From: Octopus bimaculoides
Lineage: Eukaryota
Assembly: GCF_001194135.2 (NCBI RefSeq)
Contig: NC_068987.1
Span: 457,651 to 521,650, forward strand
Direction: 5' to 3'
Length of the DNA stretch: 64,000 nt
Of this stretch, positions 51,942-64,000 are shown piece by piece. Under the pieces are notes generated by a model. That model saw only the letters and a program-made list of their open reading frames with translations, was not told the origin of the DNA and did no database searches. The translations under genes were made by a program, and so were the position numbers. How positions within the stretch are numbered: the stretch's first letter is position 1; each line of letters opens with the position of its first letter.

Positions 51942-54900
51942 TAATAATAATAATCCTTTGTATTAAAGGCATCAGGCCTGAAATTTTTGGGGAGGGGGCC
52001 AGTCGATTACTTCGGCCCTAGTACTCAACTGCTACTTATTTCATCGATCTCGAAAGGATGAAAGGCAAAGTCGACCGGAATTTGAACTCAGAACGTAAAT
52101 ACGGACGAAATGCTGCTAAGCATTTTGTTCGGCAAGGTAAAGATTCTGTCAGCTCACCGCAATAATAATAATAATAATAATAGTTTATTTAATTTACCAT
52201 TGTACTTTCATTTTATCGAATCTGAAAGGATGAATGTTGAAGTCGACTTTGGGAGGATTTGAATTCAGAATGTAAAGAGCTGGAACAAATACCACAAGAC
52301 ACTTTGTCCAAAGCTCTAACCATTTCGTCGATCCACCACCCGTCGTTGTTATATTCGTAAAACCAATCATCCAAACAAACAAGCTTTGCAGTTTTCAACT
52401 AATAATAATAATTGGTATGTCTCACGTGGCATCACAACCATTTTTAAAACAAAGAACTTTCATATATAAAAACACTGTTAGACAAACAAACTGTTAACAA
52501 TGTGTTTAACAAAATATAATTTGTTCCATTTATAGCGACATTTTATTCATGGACGTGAAACAAGTTTATCAAACATTTAACAATTTAGTCTATTATTCAT
52601 TCTTCGCTGTTTGTCTATAATGAAATTAATGTTCGTTAGAATAATGAAAATATATTCGAAATTATCAATAATTATTCTTCCTTCTCATTAGAAAATATCT
52701 GTGGCTGGCTAATATTTTGCTTGCGTCAGTTCTAATTTAGAAATTCATTCACTGAAAAACAAACGACAGTCTGGGGAGATATATTTTTCAACTGTCCTTG
52801 CCAATCTAGATAGCAATGAGAAGGAAAATCTAACGTCGATTGCGTGTTAAGGCTATCTATGTTAAAGAATGAGAAAATATATTTGGAAACTTGCTTTGTC
52901 CGATGAGAAAGAAAGACTAACGTAGATGGAGTATTAAGGGAGTCCATAATGTCTTTTGAGTTACATAAGTGTTCAGCAAGGACTGAATATAAAGAGGGAT
53001 TTGTAGAAGAGCGACAAACAACAAACTGATAGGGATATTTAGATCTTTTTAGCCACTGGTATTGTGATGTGGACGGAATATGCAGAGAAGATTTACATAC
53101 AAACTTTACATAAAACAACATTGCTGGAAATAGCAATCAAATCTCCCTCAAATCATATTCAAATTATGTTCTTGAAAAGGGAAAGATATATTGAAAAACG
53201 TAGTGTAAGATATGAAGTGCCTAATGGAGGAGTCATGACTGATGTGAGATGTAAAACAACAACAACAAACATCATCACCAAAACTGCAATGCTTCCACTC
53301 CTTGAGACTAGGCTTTCACTTCATCTTGAGAAAATACCTCACATCTCATCAGATCATCAAGCAAAACCTGCTTACATGTGGAGGAGTAGTAATGATCAAC
53401 AGGCCCACCTGAAAATGAAGATCATTCAAGGTTCATGCAATTGGGAATAGACATGGCTGTGTGATTTAAAAGGTTGCTTCGTTAATAAATTGTTGGGGAT
53501 CGATCCCACAGCACGGCGTCTGAAGCCAATATCTTTTATCATAGCTTCGGATCAGCCAATGTCTTTTATGTGCAATTTAATGAAAGGAAACTTAAGTGGA
53601 TGTGTGTGTGAGGCGTGGGGAGATAGTTTAGTGCTAGATTTAATTTGATTTAACACCACAACTTGTCCCGGGGGGAACTTCAGCAGATCCACCCGAGTAC
53701 AAGCATTTTGGCTAGGTCTCCAGTCCTTTCATTCCTCGCATCAAATGTCACAAAAGCAATGAAAAAAGGGGTCCAATGTCTTTTATCTTCTAAGCCCTTA
53801 TTCCAGGTCTCTCTCCATCAAAACCCATCACATCACAGTTCCTGTTTCTTTGCGCATTCATTTCCCTGCAACCCACATGGTATCTTCTTTAAAGTAACCA
53901 GTTTCACACTATTTCTGCCCAATTCCATTCTAATCCCTCACCCCTTCCTCCTAGACCAAACCTCTCTCGATTCCTTATTCGGAAATAATCCACAAATCTA
54001 CAAAAAAGGCCCGTCCTTAGTCACCTGCTGCTGTTGTGTAACCCCTTACGTTGAATGGATCTGGTGTCTATAACCTAGAGAAAACATATCAGGACCCCGC
54101 CTAACTAAGGTTGTTGCTGCACATAACGATGTTCGGTGGGTCATGACATGGAGACCTAGTTCACTTTATAAACCCCAGGGTAGCCTTGATTGAGAAAACC
54201 TATGATGGAAGATAAACCAGCTCCGACTCTCCGACCTATTTGGACATCGATAACTATATTAATAAATACTTAGCTTCATTGTTCAAGACGGTAGGGTGTG
54301 ATTTGAGGGATATTTTACTGTTATTTCTAACATTCTAGGGAGCTTTGATGAAATTCCTTCGTTGATTTACAGAATTCACTGATAAACTGAATATTTGTGG
54401 TAGAAAAATCACAAAAATTTTGGGGTTTTGAAAGGTAATGGCTTCGTTATGAGCGTCACACTGAGGTACAGTCCAAAAGGCTGTAAGTAGGTACCACAAT
54501 GGAGTACAGTCTACCTAGTTGTAAACAGGTACCATGGGAAGGTGCTGACTCCCTAACTTTGAGTAGCTTCTTCTCCACGAACGCCATTATCGTATCGACG
54601 ACCAGGAGGAATAGCAACATCGGTGCCACCATCGCCACGATGACGACTATGGACACCACCACCACCACCACCACCGTCTCCACCCCTCACCCTCAATCCC
54701 ACACCCCGGATATCCACCATCACGTTCTCCGCCGCCACCACCACAACTATAGAATTTATCCCCCACCAACCTCCAGCAGCTCCGCTTCTATCGTAAAAGT
54801 TGTTGCGTTGGCGGTGGTGGTGGAGATGGTGCGCGTGGTTGCAGAGACGAGGAGCAGGAGGAGGGATGAAGCAAAGGTGCTGATGGTGCTGGTGGTGGTG

Positions 54901-55097
54901 ACGGTGGTATTGGCGTGTGATGGTGTAAGCGGTGGAGGTCGTGGCGATGGTGGTTAGCTTACACAATCCACTTTCTCTTAATCTACTAAAAAGCCTGTTT
55001 ATATATTTCGTTCTCTCTGCTAGAATATATACTGTTACACACACGAGTGTATAGACATATATACAGAGTATACATACATACACACACACACATACAT

Positions 55098-55131
<34 letters not shown>

Positions 55132-55221
55132 GTAAGTATACACACATGAGTAAACTATCTATCTATCTATCTATCTATCTATATAAATGAGTATACACAC
55201 ACAAATACAAACACACACACA

Positions 55222-55334
<113 letters not shown>

Positions 55335-55704
55335 TTCCATATACATGGATATATGTTGATATATGTATGCGTGCGCACACACACACATACCGGTTAGCGC
55401 TATTCTGACGTACACAATATGCGCAGTTCTATGTAGTATTGCAATACATACAAATATACATGCACAATTACACACGCACACACACACACACACACCTAAA
55501 TATGAAACATAGATGTGTTTGTTTATCCATGTAAACATTTTTTCTACCATCTTTATTTGATAGTTTATACGCATTGATGTATGCATGTGTTTGTGAGTGT
55601 GTGTGTGTATATATTTATGTATACACACGCTTATATATATATATATACGTATCTAAGCGTATATTCATATTTTCCTTCATGTATAGATTCGTGTTTGTGT
55701 ATGA

Positions 55705-55737
<33 letters not shown>

Positions 55738-55910
55738 CACACACACACATACATACACGTTTTGATGTGTGTGTGAATATATGTGTGTGTATATGTTTCT
55801 ATGTATGTATATGATATAATATAAGAATAGTTTGTAAGAAATGATGGATGGCGCGCAGAACAGAAGAAAATGATTGATTGTTATTTCTGACAAACATTTT
55901 GTATTATCTG

Positions 55911-55923
55911 CCACTAGATGGCA
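55911..55923 (+). promoter_or_regulatory. CTCF consensus motif
   Basis: CCACTAGATGGCA. Confidence 0.5.
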
Positions 55924-56739
55924 TGACTGTACATATGTACTGGTTAATCAGTCAAAATGCTTTTTACAAACGGCCATATTGTATCTTTCTATTTGCTCTT
56001 CTCATGTTTAGCTTTTTCGCGCTCCATAACAATAACTGTTCAGCAACACAACGCTTCTGTAAGCAACTAACGAGTTGGCCCTCTGCGTGGACGCAAACAC
56101 TGATAAAATAAGCAGTTAAATACCCTCGAAATCATACTCTACAATATTAAAAGAAAAAAAAGCAAAATATAGTTTTGATAGTTTTAAAGTATCTCTACGG
56201 ATTTTCTATAGAAATTGGAACCAACACTGCAAGTTGGGACTTTTCGCATACGAATACATCACTATATGAAGAATGCGATCGAAGATAGAAGAATAAGCAA
56301 TGGGTGTCTGTTCTTATTTCAGGAATTGTTGTTTCTTCTTCAGCACCAATTCCAGCTACGAATATATTGCTTAACTAAGTTTATATGTGTAACACTACTG
56401 GATAGACCGAATTTACATGGGGTACGTACATATCAATTTTTGGTAGGGACTCTGCATTTCGTTTATATTAACGGTTGATGAGTCAATAAAGATAAACTCA
56501 AAAATGAAAACAACGCACTGCTAACACACAAAGAGTAGGACACAGCATTGACTTATAAACCATTAATAGACTGGGTAGCGTATTATGGTGGCAAGACAAA
56601 ATACTGCGTCCCCAGCAACAATTAGTTTGGATGTGAATCCCAGGCACATTATGCTTGAAATAAAAACCAAGTTTGTCAGAAGGGAAAAGCAGTAACTACG
56701 ACCCGATCCATGGCCCACGTGACTTGTGGAAGGGAAGGG

Positions 56740-57000
56740 GGAAGACATCCTCAAACTGGAAGCTCGACCCTTGTGAGGTGATGTGAATATGACTTTTGCA
56801 GAGGACGGATAGCACGGGGACCAAGCCTCAGGTGAGTTTTAAAGCGGATGCCAACATCATTTGGGCAGTTTGGGTGTTGGAATATTTTGCACATCATACA
56901 AATGATATAACACTTGTGGCCACGTTGGAGGGAATAAAGACTGAGTTTCTCGAGACGATTCCAATAATCAAGGCACCTGTCATATCGTCTATTTTCCTTC
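56740..57000 (-). mobile_element. CR1/L2-type LINE C-terminal remnant
   Basis: LDYWNRLEKLSLYSLQRGHKCYIICMMCKIFQHPNCPNDVGIRFKTHLRLGPRAIRP. Confidence 0.8.
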
Positions 57001-57501
57001 TGATCGATTACACACACACACACGTATGTATGTATGTATGTATATATATGTACACACATATACACATCATGTATACAAACTTATATGTACATATATATAT
57101 ATACATGTATATATGTGTATTTGTATATATTCACACACACGCACACACATTTATTTATATGAATGTACAATGTATATATGTATATGTATGCACAGAAGAA
57201 TGTATGTGATATAAACTTAATGCTTATATCAATTGGACAATTCTGCTGACATATTTTTCACATCGAATAATTGATGTAACTTTTAATGGTAACCATAAGA
57301 AAAAGAAAACTCCGAATGTTTGGGCGGATTCTTGTAAGGAAGGCCTGTCATGTTTATATATTTCATTTGATAATTGCCCTCTAATGTAATCTCAGGTGTG
57401 GTTGTGTGGTAAGAAGTTTTCTTCCTAACCACATGGTTCCAGGTTCAGTTCCCACCTTGGACAAGTGTCTTCTTTTATAGTCTCAGGCCGACCAAAGCCT
57501 T

Positions 57502-57537
<36 letters not shown>

Positions 57538-57587
57538 GTTATATATACATTGTAAATCTGTCTATCTATCTCACCCTCTTTACCTAC

Positions 57588-57624
<37 letters not shown>

Positions 57625-58135
57625 AAACCATTGTGCAGTGTCTTTGTCCAGTGATATGCTTGCTGGTGCTGTTACTCGTTCAGAACAATAAGCAGACGAC
57701 TTAACGGAAGCTGCTGCTGGGTAGCGTTCAATTATATTTATTGTTGCTACAAAGTCTGATTCACCAGAAGTTATGACTCTGATGATATATTTGGGGCTTG
57801 TCTTCACTGCCATTACTTAATACTGTGCCATTTCCTGTGATGTCATTTAAATGGACTTGTTTCTGTAGAATCTTGACCATTTCTCTTGGCATCGTTGTGA
57901 AAAGTGTTGCTTTCATTAGTCAGAAGACCAAGGGGTAAAACAACTACCTTGTTATGTGTTTATTTCTCTCACAAAAGAAACAAAAATTTTGGGTTGTATT
58001 TAATTTACTCGAAAGCCCCAATTGACCAGGATTGTTCCAAGCTGGACTCTGAAGAATAATTAAATTTCCGATTCTAACGGTTTTATTGCTGCCGACTGTA
58101 TGTGCGTTGTGTGTGTATGTGTGGGTGCTGTTAGT

Positions 58136-58166
<31 letters not shown>

Positions 58167-59514
58167 CCAGTCGACCAGCGATAGGTCATGTATGAAAGTT
58201 TGAGCAGATCTGTATTGGGAAATCGGCGTAATGCGTTGAATGCGTTTAGTTTAGTCACGGAATGCTGGTCCAAACGCACACATATGTATACACACACGCT
58301 CACACTAACACACATACAACATCGATTGAACTGCGCATAATTTTACTGATGCAGCTTTGGTTAACTCGAGATTATTGCAGATGGCATTTTCCTTTAGTGC
58401 CGTACACTGATATCGAACCAGAAACTGAGAAACGAATTTTGTTAACGACTCAGCTTTGCCCTTTTCCTTATTTTGTAAACCCTTATTTTCCTCTCTAACT
58501 CCAGTCAAAACCAGAGATTTGGATTTTGCAGCTGTTGTTTTATCTCAAGTCAACCTTAATCTAAGAGATTTGTCATCAAAGATATTACAAACGTGACTTT
58601 CTCACTTTTTATTGGTTTGTCAGACTACATTATATGACGTGCCCTTAGATTATTTAACACAACTGAGTGAGTAACGTGAGGGAGTTTAGGCTGTAAGTTC
58701 TAACCGATTATTCGGCCACTTATAGGCTCCCTCGTTGGTTCAAGATATCTGATTGTGTTTGATATAAATAGTGAAATACAATATAACTCATCGAAAATAT
58801 CCCCTAGCCTAGGGGAAGGACACCTTATAAATTAAACAGAAATACAGCAGAGTCTCACACATGTAAATTGAAAAACTTCTGTCAGCTGAGATTATCCAAG
58901 TAATTAGTGTTCAAATACTTCCTCTAGGTTTGTCTAAGAATTGAAATAATAAACAGGTGGGATGATTCCTGTGAAATCAATTAATTGAACTTTTCAATGG
59001 CATCGATGATGGCGTTCGGATTGGATTTGGTCTTGACAGTAAACTGGTGAAACCAATTCCATGAATTATGATAAAATATTGCTAATATATTTAATGCAAA
59101 TGATATTAGATATCTTAAGCATCTCCCTCCCTCCATCTCACAATCCCTGACGGGAAAACAAACGGAGATGGTTCGAGTCCCGCCAATGGACCTGTTGCTT
59201 GTTTACCGTCTCACGCTGGCGTTTTATTTATATTCTGTGTTGTTATTTATATTCTGTTGTGTATCAGTTACAAAACTAATTTACTGAGTACCAGGAGAAA
59301 CATGTCTGGGTGTCGGTCGAGGCGTCATGGCTGTTGCTGCGTTCAACAAATAAACATGTGTAGCTTACTTTTGAGATGGAAGCGGTGGAAATAAATAAGT
59401 AAATAGATATAGAAAAAGAGAGATGAATATATAGAGGCAGGCGTTCTCCTCCTGCCCACCACCTCCTGCCACTCTATGCCATGGATACATATTAGAGTGA
59501 GTGACTTCGTTGAA

Positions 59515-60150
59515 GAAGGAGGAGTCAGAGGAAGAGGAGTAAGAAGAGGGGGTAGAAGTGAAGAAAGATGAAAAGGAAAGAGAATAAGAAAGGAAGAAAG
59601 AAAAACTGAGAAAATCGAGAAGAAAGATGGAAGATGGAATAAGATTTGAAGAAGAAGAAGAAAAGTGAAGGAAAAGGAAATAAAAGAAAAAATGGAGAAG
59701 AGGAGGAGGAGGAGGAGGAGGAGGAGGAAGAAGATGAAAAAGAAGAAAAGAGGATGACGAGGAGAAGAAGAGAGGCTGAAGAAGAAGAAGTGGGAGGAAG
59801 AGGAGGAGGCTGCTTGTGTTTGGTGACTGCAAATGGCAAAGTGAAACAGAAAGAATAACAACGATAACAATACAGGAATGAGAAAAGCAAAGAAGGACAA
59901 CAACAACAACAAAGACGACAATGACAGAAATAAATCTGAAAGACAAATACATAAAAATAGAAAAAAAAAGGAGAAAAATAGGAAGATGAAGAAGAACAAC
60001 AACGACACGAATGACATCAAAACCAGAGAAACAGACAACAACAACAAGAACAATACCAGAGAAATTAAGATGACGGAACGCAGAAATGAGAAGAAAAATA
60101 CAAATAAAAGAAACAACAACAACAACAATATTAAGATGGAAGTAAGACTG
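59515..60150. repeat. Purine-rich compound microsatellite, (GAG)n/(GAA)n/(AAC)n
   Basis: Low-complexity tract that explains the spurious ORFs at 59343..60209. Confidence 0.9.
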
Positions 60151-60493
60151 AGTTGACACAGAAAAAAAGCAATTTGTTTATTAAAAGATATTTTACCTAT
60201 ATCTACCATCTTTCACACTATCTATCTGCCTATTTCTATCTATCTATCTATCTATCTATATCTATACATACATGTATATGCACATGTATCTTTATATATG
60301 TATATATATGCATATACGTATTTATCTCTAGCTCTCTCTCTATATATATATATACATACAAACACGCATGTATGTATAACATGTATATATAAATATATGT
60401 GTGTTTGTGTGTATTGTTAGTAGTCAGTTTTCTTCTTACATATGTTTTTATACATGTACACATACTTGTTTACGCTAATGTATGCATGTATGC

Positions 60494-60539
<46 letters not shown>

Positions 60540-62414
60540 ACACATACATATATACATGTGTATGTGTATATACGCACACACACATATATATGTATCATAT
60601 ATATCAAAATTGATATGTAATACATACACACACAAATTTATGTGTGTGTATGTGTCCGTGTCCATACATCAATGTAATAAGCTCTATACTCTCTCACAGC
60701 ATATATACATATCCAAATATAGCTAAGCTATCGTCGCAGATATTCCGTTTCTCTCATTTGATTAATATCTTACAATAATCTGTTTCCATGTAAATATGCA
60801 TATTGTTAGTTGCTCCTTGCTCCTTCTCCCGGCCGCCTCTCTCTGTGTTTGTATATGTGTGTGTGTCTGCTTGTGATATGTATATGTACATACATGGCCA
60901 CCACACAGCATAAAATTAACAGTGTATGGGTACATACCTACAGACTGGGTTGTTGTATATCCGTATACTGTATATGTGTCGGTGTGGGCGTGTGTGTCTG
61001 TACCCGTGTGGCTACGTATGTATGTATGTATGTATGTATGTATGTATGTCATTGTTCAGTTTTATTTCACGATTTCTTGCCAATAGAGAAAGAGACGGTT
61101 TCTAACCTAGATCCAGGCTTCCTTCATTGGAATTTCAACATCAACAACCGAGTATGTATGTATGTATGTATGTATGTATGTATGTATGTATGTATGTATG
61201 TATGTATGTATATGTACAGACTTGTATGTTTTGTTTTACGTATGTATTCTCATGCATGTAGTTACATATCTAGACATGCTCGTATATATTTAAACGATAA
61301 ACTTCTGGAAAGTTTTACAGATTTTTCCAGTTCCAGTGATGGATTGGATCTATAGTCTTCGAATTAGCTTTCTCCTTTCTGGTTTTGAGAAGCCTAATCT
61401 CTCAAGATTGGTATTCAGGCAGTCTGTTACATATCTCAGGGCCCCGACCTGGGATATGAAACGCAGCCGACCTACGAACCATTAACACACACGTTTTGTG
61501 TATGTGTATGTATGTGTGTGTATGTGTGTAGAAGCATACACACGGACAGGGATGTAGGGGTTAAATGAAACAAATATTACTAATTTTAGAATTGGTTGGT
61601 CAATAATGGAACGTATTTCCAAATATTTACGAACGAGGTGAAAGGATTTCACTTTGATTTTCAGAGAAAACCGTTATATTCTTTTCTCAGTTTTAACAAG
61701 AAACGTTTGAATTATTTCAGATACTATGGCTCAATTTCACTAAGAATTTTTAACTTACCTACATATTCGTAAATTTTCTTCCACAGTGATTCAAAAGAAG
61801 GTAGAAAACAATATTTTTCAAAATTTTAAAATAGTTAAACTTAAATTCTTTTAATGTCAGTTGCCTGTCTTGTAGGAATTCCGTTGCACAGTTTATAATT
61901 TTTGTGTGCATAACATGTTTGGAATTCTTTGATGTACATTATCATCTTTCAGGTATACTTAAAATCATTCTTTTCAATTGATGGGAGTGTTTTTGAAATC
62001 CATTTTCCTTACGCTACTTTAGAATAGAAATTTTTGCATCGAATAATTATGTTTTGAATTTCCACGATTCTCCCGATAGAGCTGCAAGACAATCAGAAGT
62101 AGAACGAATCTTTAAAATGCTGCTTACATAAAGTGATAACCAACCGTTTCCATTTCAAAAACCATTTGAAGATCGGCAAAGTGAAATTCGAAGCAAAATT
62201 TTTGTAAGCGATGCCCCAGAATGACCGGGATGGCCATAACTCGGAAAGGAATAAAGGAAATTCAGATTCAATTAAATAGCTGTATATACATATACACAGA
62301 TAAACACACAAAAACACACACACACACACATATGCATACATAGAAACACAAAGACACTCGCGCACGTACGCACACACACATATAGACAGAGTGGGAATAT
62401 GTATGCATATCTAG

Positions 62415-62480
<66 letters not shown>

Positions 62481-63586
62481 CTTTTTAAGAGCAGAAAAAT
62501 TTGCCGGCAAGCTCAGGACTATTTACTGTATACATTAAACAATATCTGGATGGAGTACCTTATTTGTGGATCTTACCTTAACAGAAAAGTAAACCACACA
62601 CACACACACATTCAGTATTAAACATACGACTGTATTCTGACGATCTTTTTTTTAATTAATGTCTTGTTTTTAATATTTTCCTGAGAATTTCTGACACCTT
62701 GATCCTCCGTCCACCGTCAACGTTTATAGAACTTCACAGTCTCTTCTTCAAAAATAAATAAGTTCGAGTATGTTGGGTCACTATTTTGAGGTTTAGGTGA
62801 TCAATCTTATTTGCTAGAATGGATTACATTGGATTAAAGCAGCTACTATTGATCAATGTAGATTATGAATTCTAATCCAAACAAAAATGTCTTAATCTTC
62901 ATGATTACATCACTTACAATGGCCTTACATCTACAACGCATTCTTACCAACTCCCCATGCACTTACAACAAGGAACAATTGCCATGTACTGCGCCATACA
63001 ACTAAAAAAAAAAAAAAACCAAAACAAACAAACAGACATTAAGGGACCAACATATATTTTGCAGGATTTCCAGGAAAATAGACGATTCTTATATTGTCAG
63101 AGCACACTGTAAAAATAATAATACAGACAATGTACACACAGGTCACAAACAAATATATACATTCGATTGAAGACTTATAAAATGTAAGAATGAGAGTTCA
63201 GGTTCCGGCGGTAATGCGTAAGCCGATGACAGCGGTCCGGTTTATCATAACAAGAGACCAACACACATCTACATGAAATCATCCTGAAGGTGGATTTAAG
63301 AACTTTTGTATCCCAAACGAAGTGAAAGGAACTTGGAGAAAAATATGAGAAAAGACTGGATAGAAAAAGATATACTGAGAACACAGTCATGTTTGTAATA
63401 CGAGTGAAAAACGATAGCTGTTCCCCATACATACACAACTACATTAAAAAATACTTAAAAATACATGCCTTTATAGATAATTAAATATAGGTACATTTAT
63501 ATACATATATACAAACATATATGCATATATATACGTATATACATATACATGCAGACACATATACATGTAAATCTATACATAGGTAT

Positions 63587-63648
<62 letters not shown>

Positions 63649-64000
63649 CCAGACATTTATAAACGTACACGTGTTTATATATGCAAGATGTATATATAAC
63701 AGTAAATGCGCATGTATATATACGAGAATGTTTCTGTGCATACACACATACATGCACACACAAACATATATATAAACACCTATTTATATATATGTGTACA
63801 TTTATATATATGTGTATATAAACATATATATACACATCTATTTATATATATGCGTACATGCATATACACACACTCTCTAAACATCTACATTAAAAATTTA
63901 AAGATATATATAATAAATTGTATACAGACTCGTGTATATATATATATAGCCAAAAGGAAACAAACTCATATACACACACACACTCTTTAACCCATACATA

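Noticed and set aside
55844-55856. ATGGATGGCGC resembling a 28S rRNA motif
   Set aside because: The match is too short and does not extend.
56322-58508. Isolated exon-like open frames (56322-56420 on +, 58305-58508 on -, also 62120-62240 on -)
   Set aside because: No recognisable domain and no compatible neighbouring exons.
59165-59190. tRNA gene suggested by GGTTCGAGTCCC (similar B boxes at 27915, 29683, 38425)
   Set aside because: No cloverleaf can be formed; these are SINE heads or their decayed remnants.
59343-60209. 288-aa and 264-aa hydrophobic or Ser-rich ORFs on -
   Set aside because: Translations of trinucleotide microsatellites with no protein-like complexity.

Overview
This is eukaryotic, AT-rich, microsatellite-dense draft-assembly DNA with many N gaps. 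The SINE/LINE repertoire and (TA)n/(CA)n/(ATC)n load look like a coleoid cephalopod, probably Octopus (inference). Two multi-exon genes could be rebuilt with consistent GT-AG phases, and they lie tail-to-tail. The first is a CD151/TSPAN11-type tetraspanin on + (7 coding exons, 7171-15271, 250 aa). The second is FDXACB1 on - (5 coding exons, 28634-18642, 604 aa; DUF2431/Bmt5-like methyltransferase plus PheRS-like/FDX-ACB region). From about 29.4 kb to 64 kb I found no recognisable gene, only SINEs, decayed RTE, CR1/L2-type and R4/Dong-type LINEs, two Tc1/mariner remnants and microsatellites. The main features not explained by the genes are: (i) Penelope-type minimal hammerhead-ribozyme motifs from at least two, possibly three, unrelated families, two of them in inverted pairs (near-intact core on - at 37198-37244); (ii) a decayed, A-tailed 28S rRNA fragment in a tetraspanin intron; (iii) inverted SINE pairs in FDXACB1 introns, which could form dsRNA or circRNA; (iv) three co-oriented CTCF motifs and an orphan YY1/CTCF/ETS-CRE motif cluster at 38.9-40.1 kb; (v) a predicted uORF whose stop overlaps the tetraspanin ATG. 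All assignments were made by eye with no database search, and repeat boundaries are approximate.
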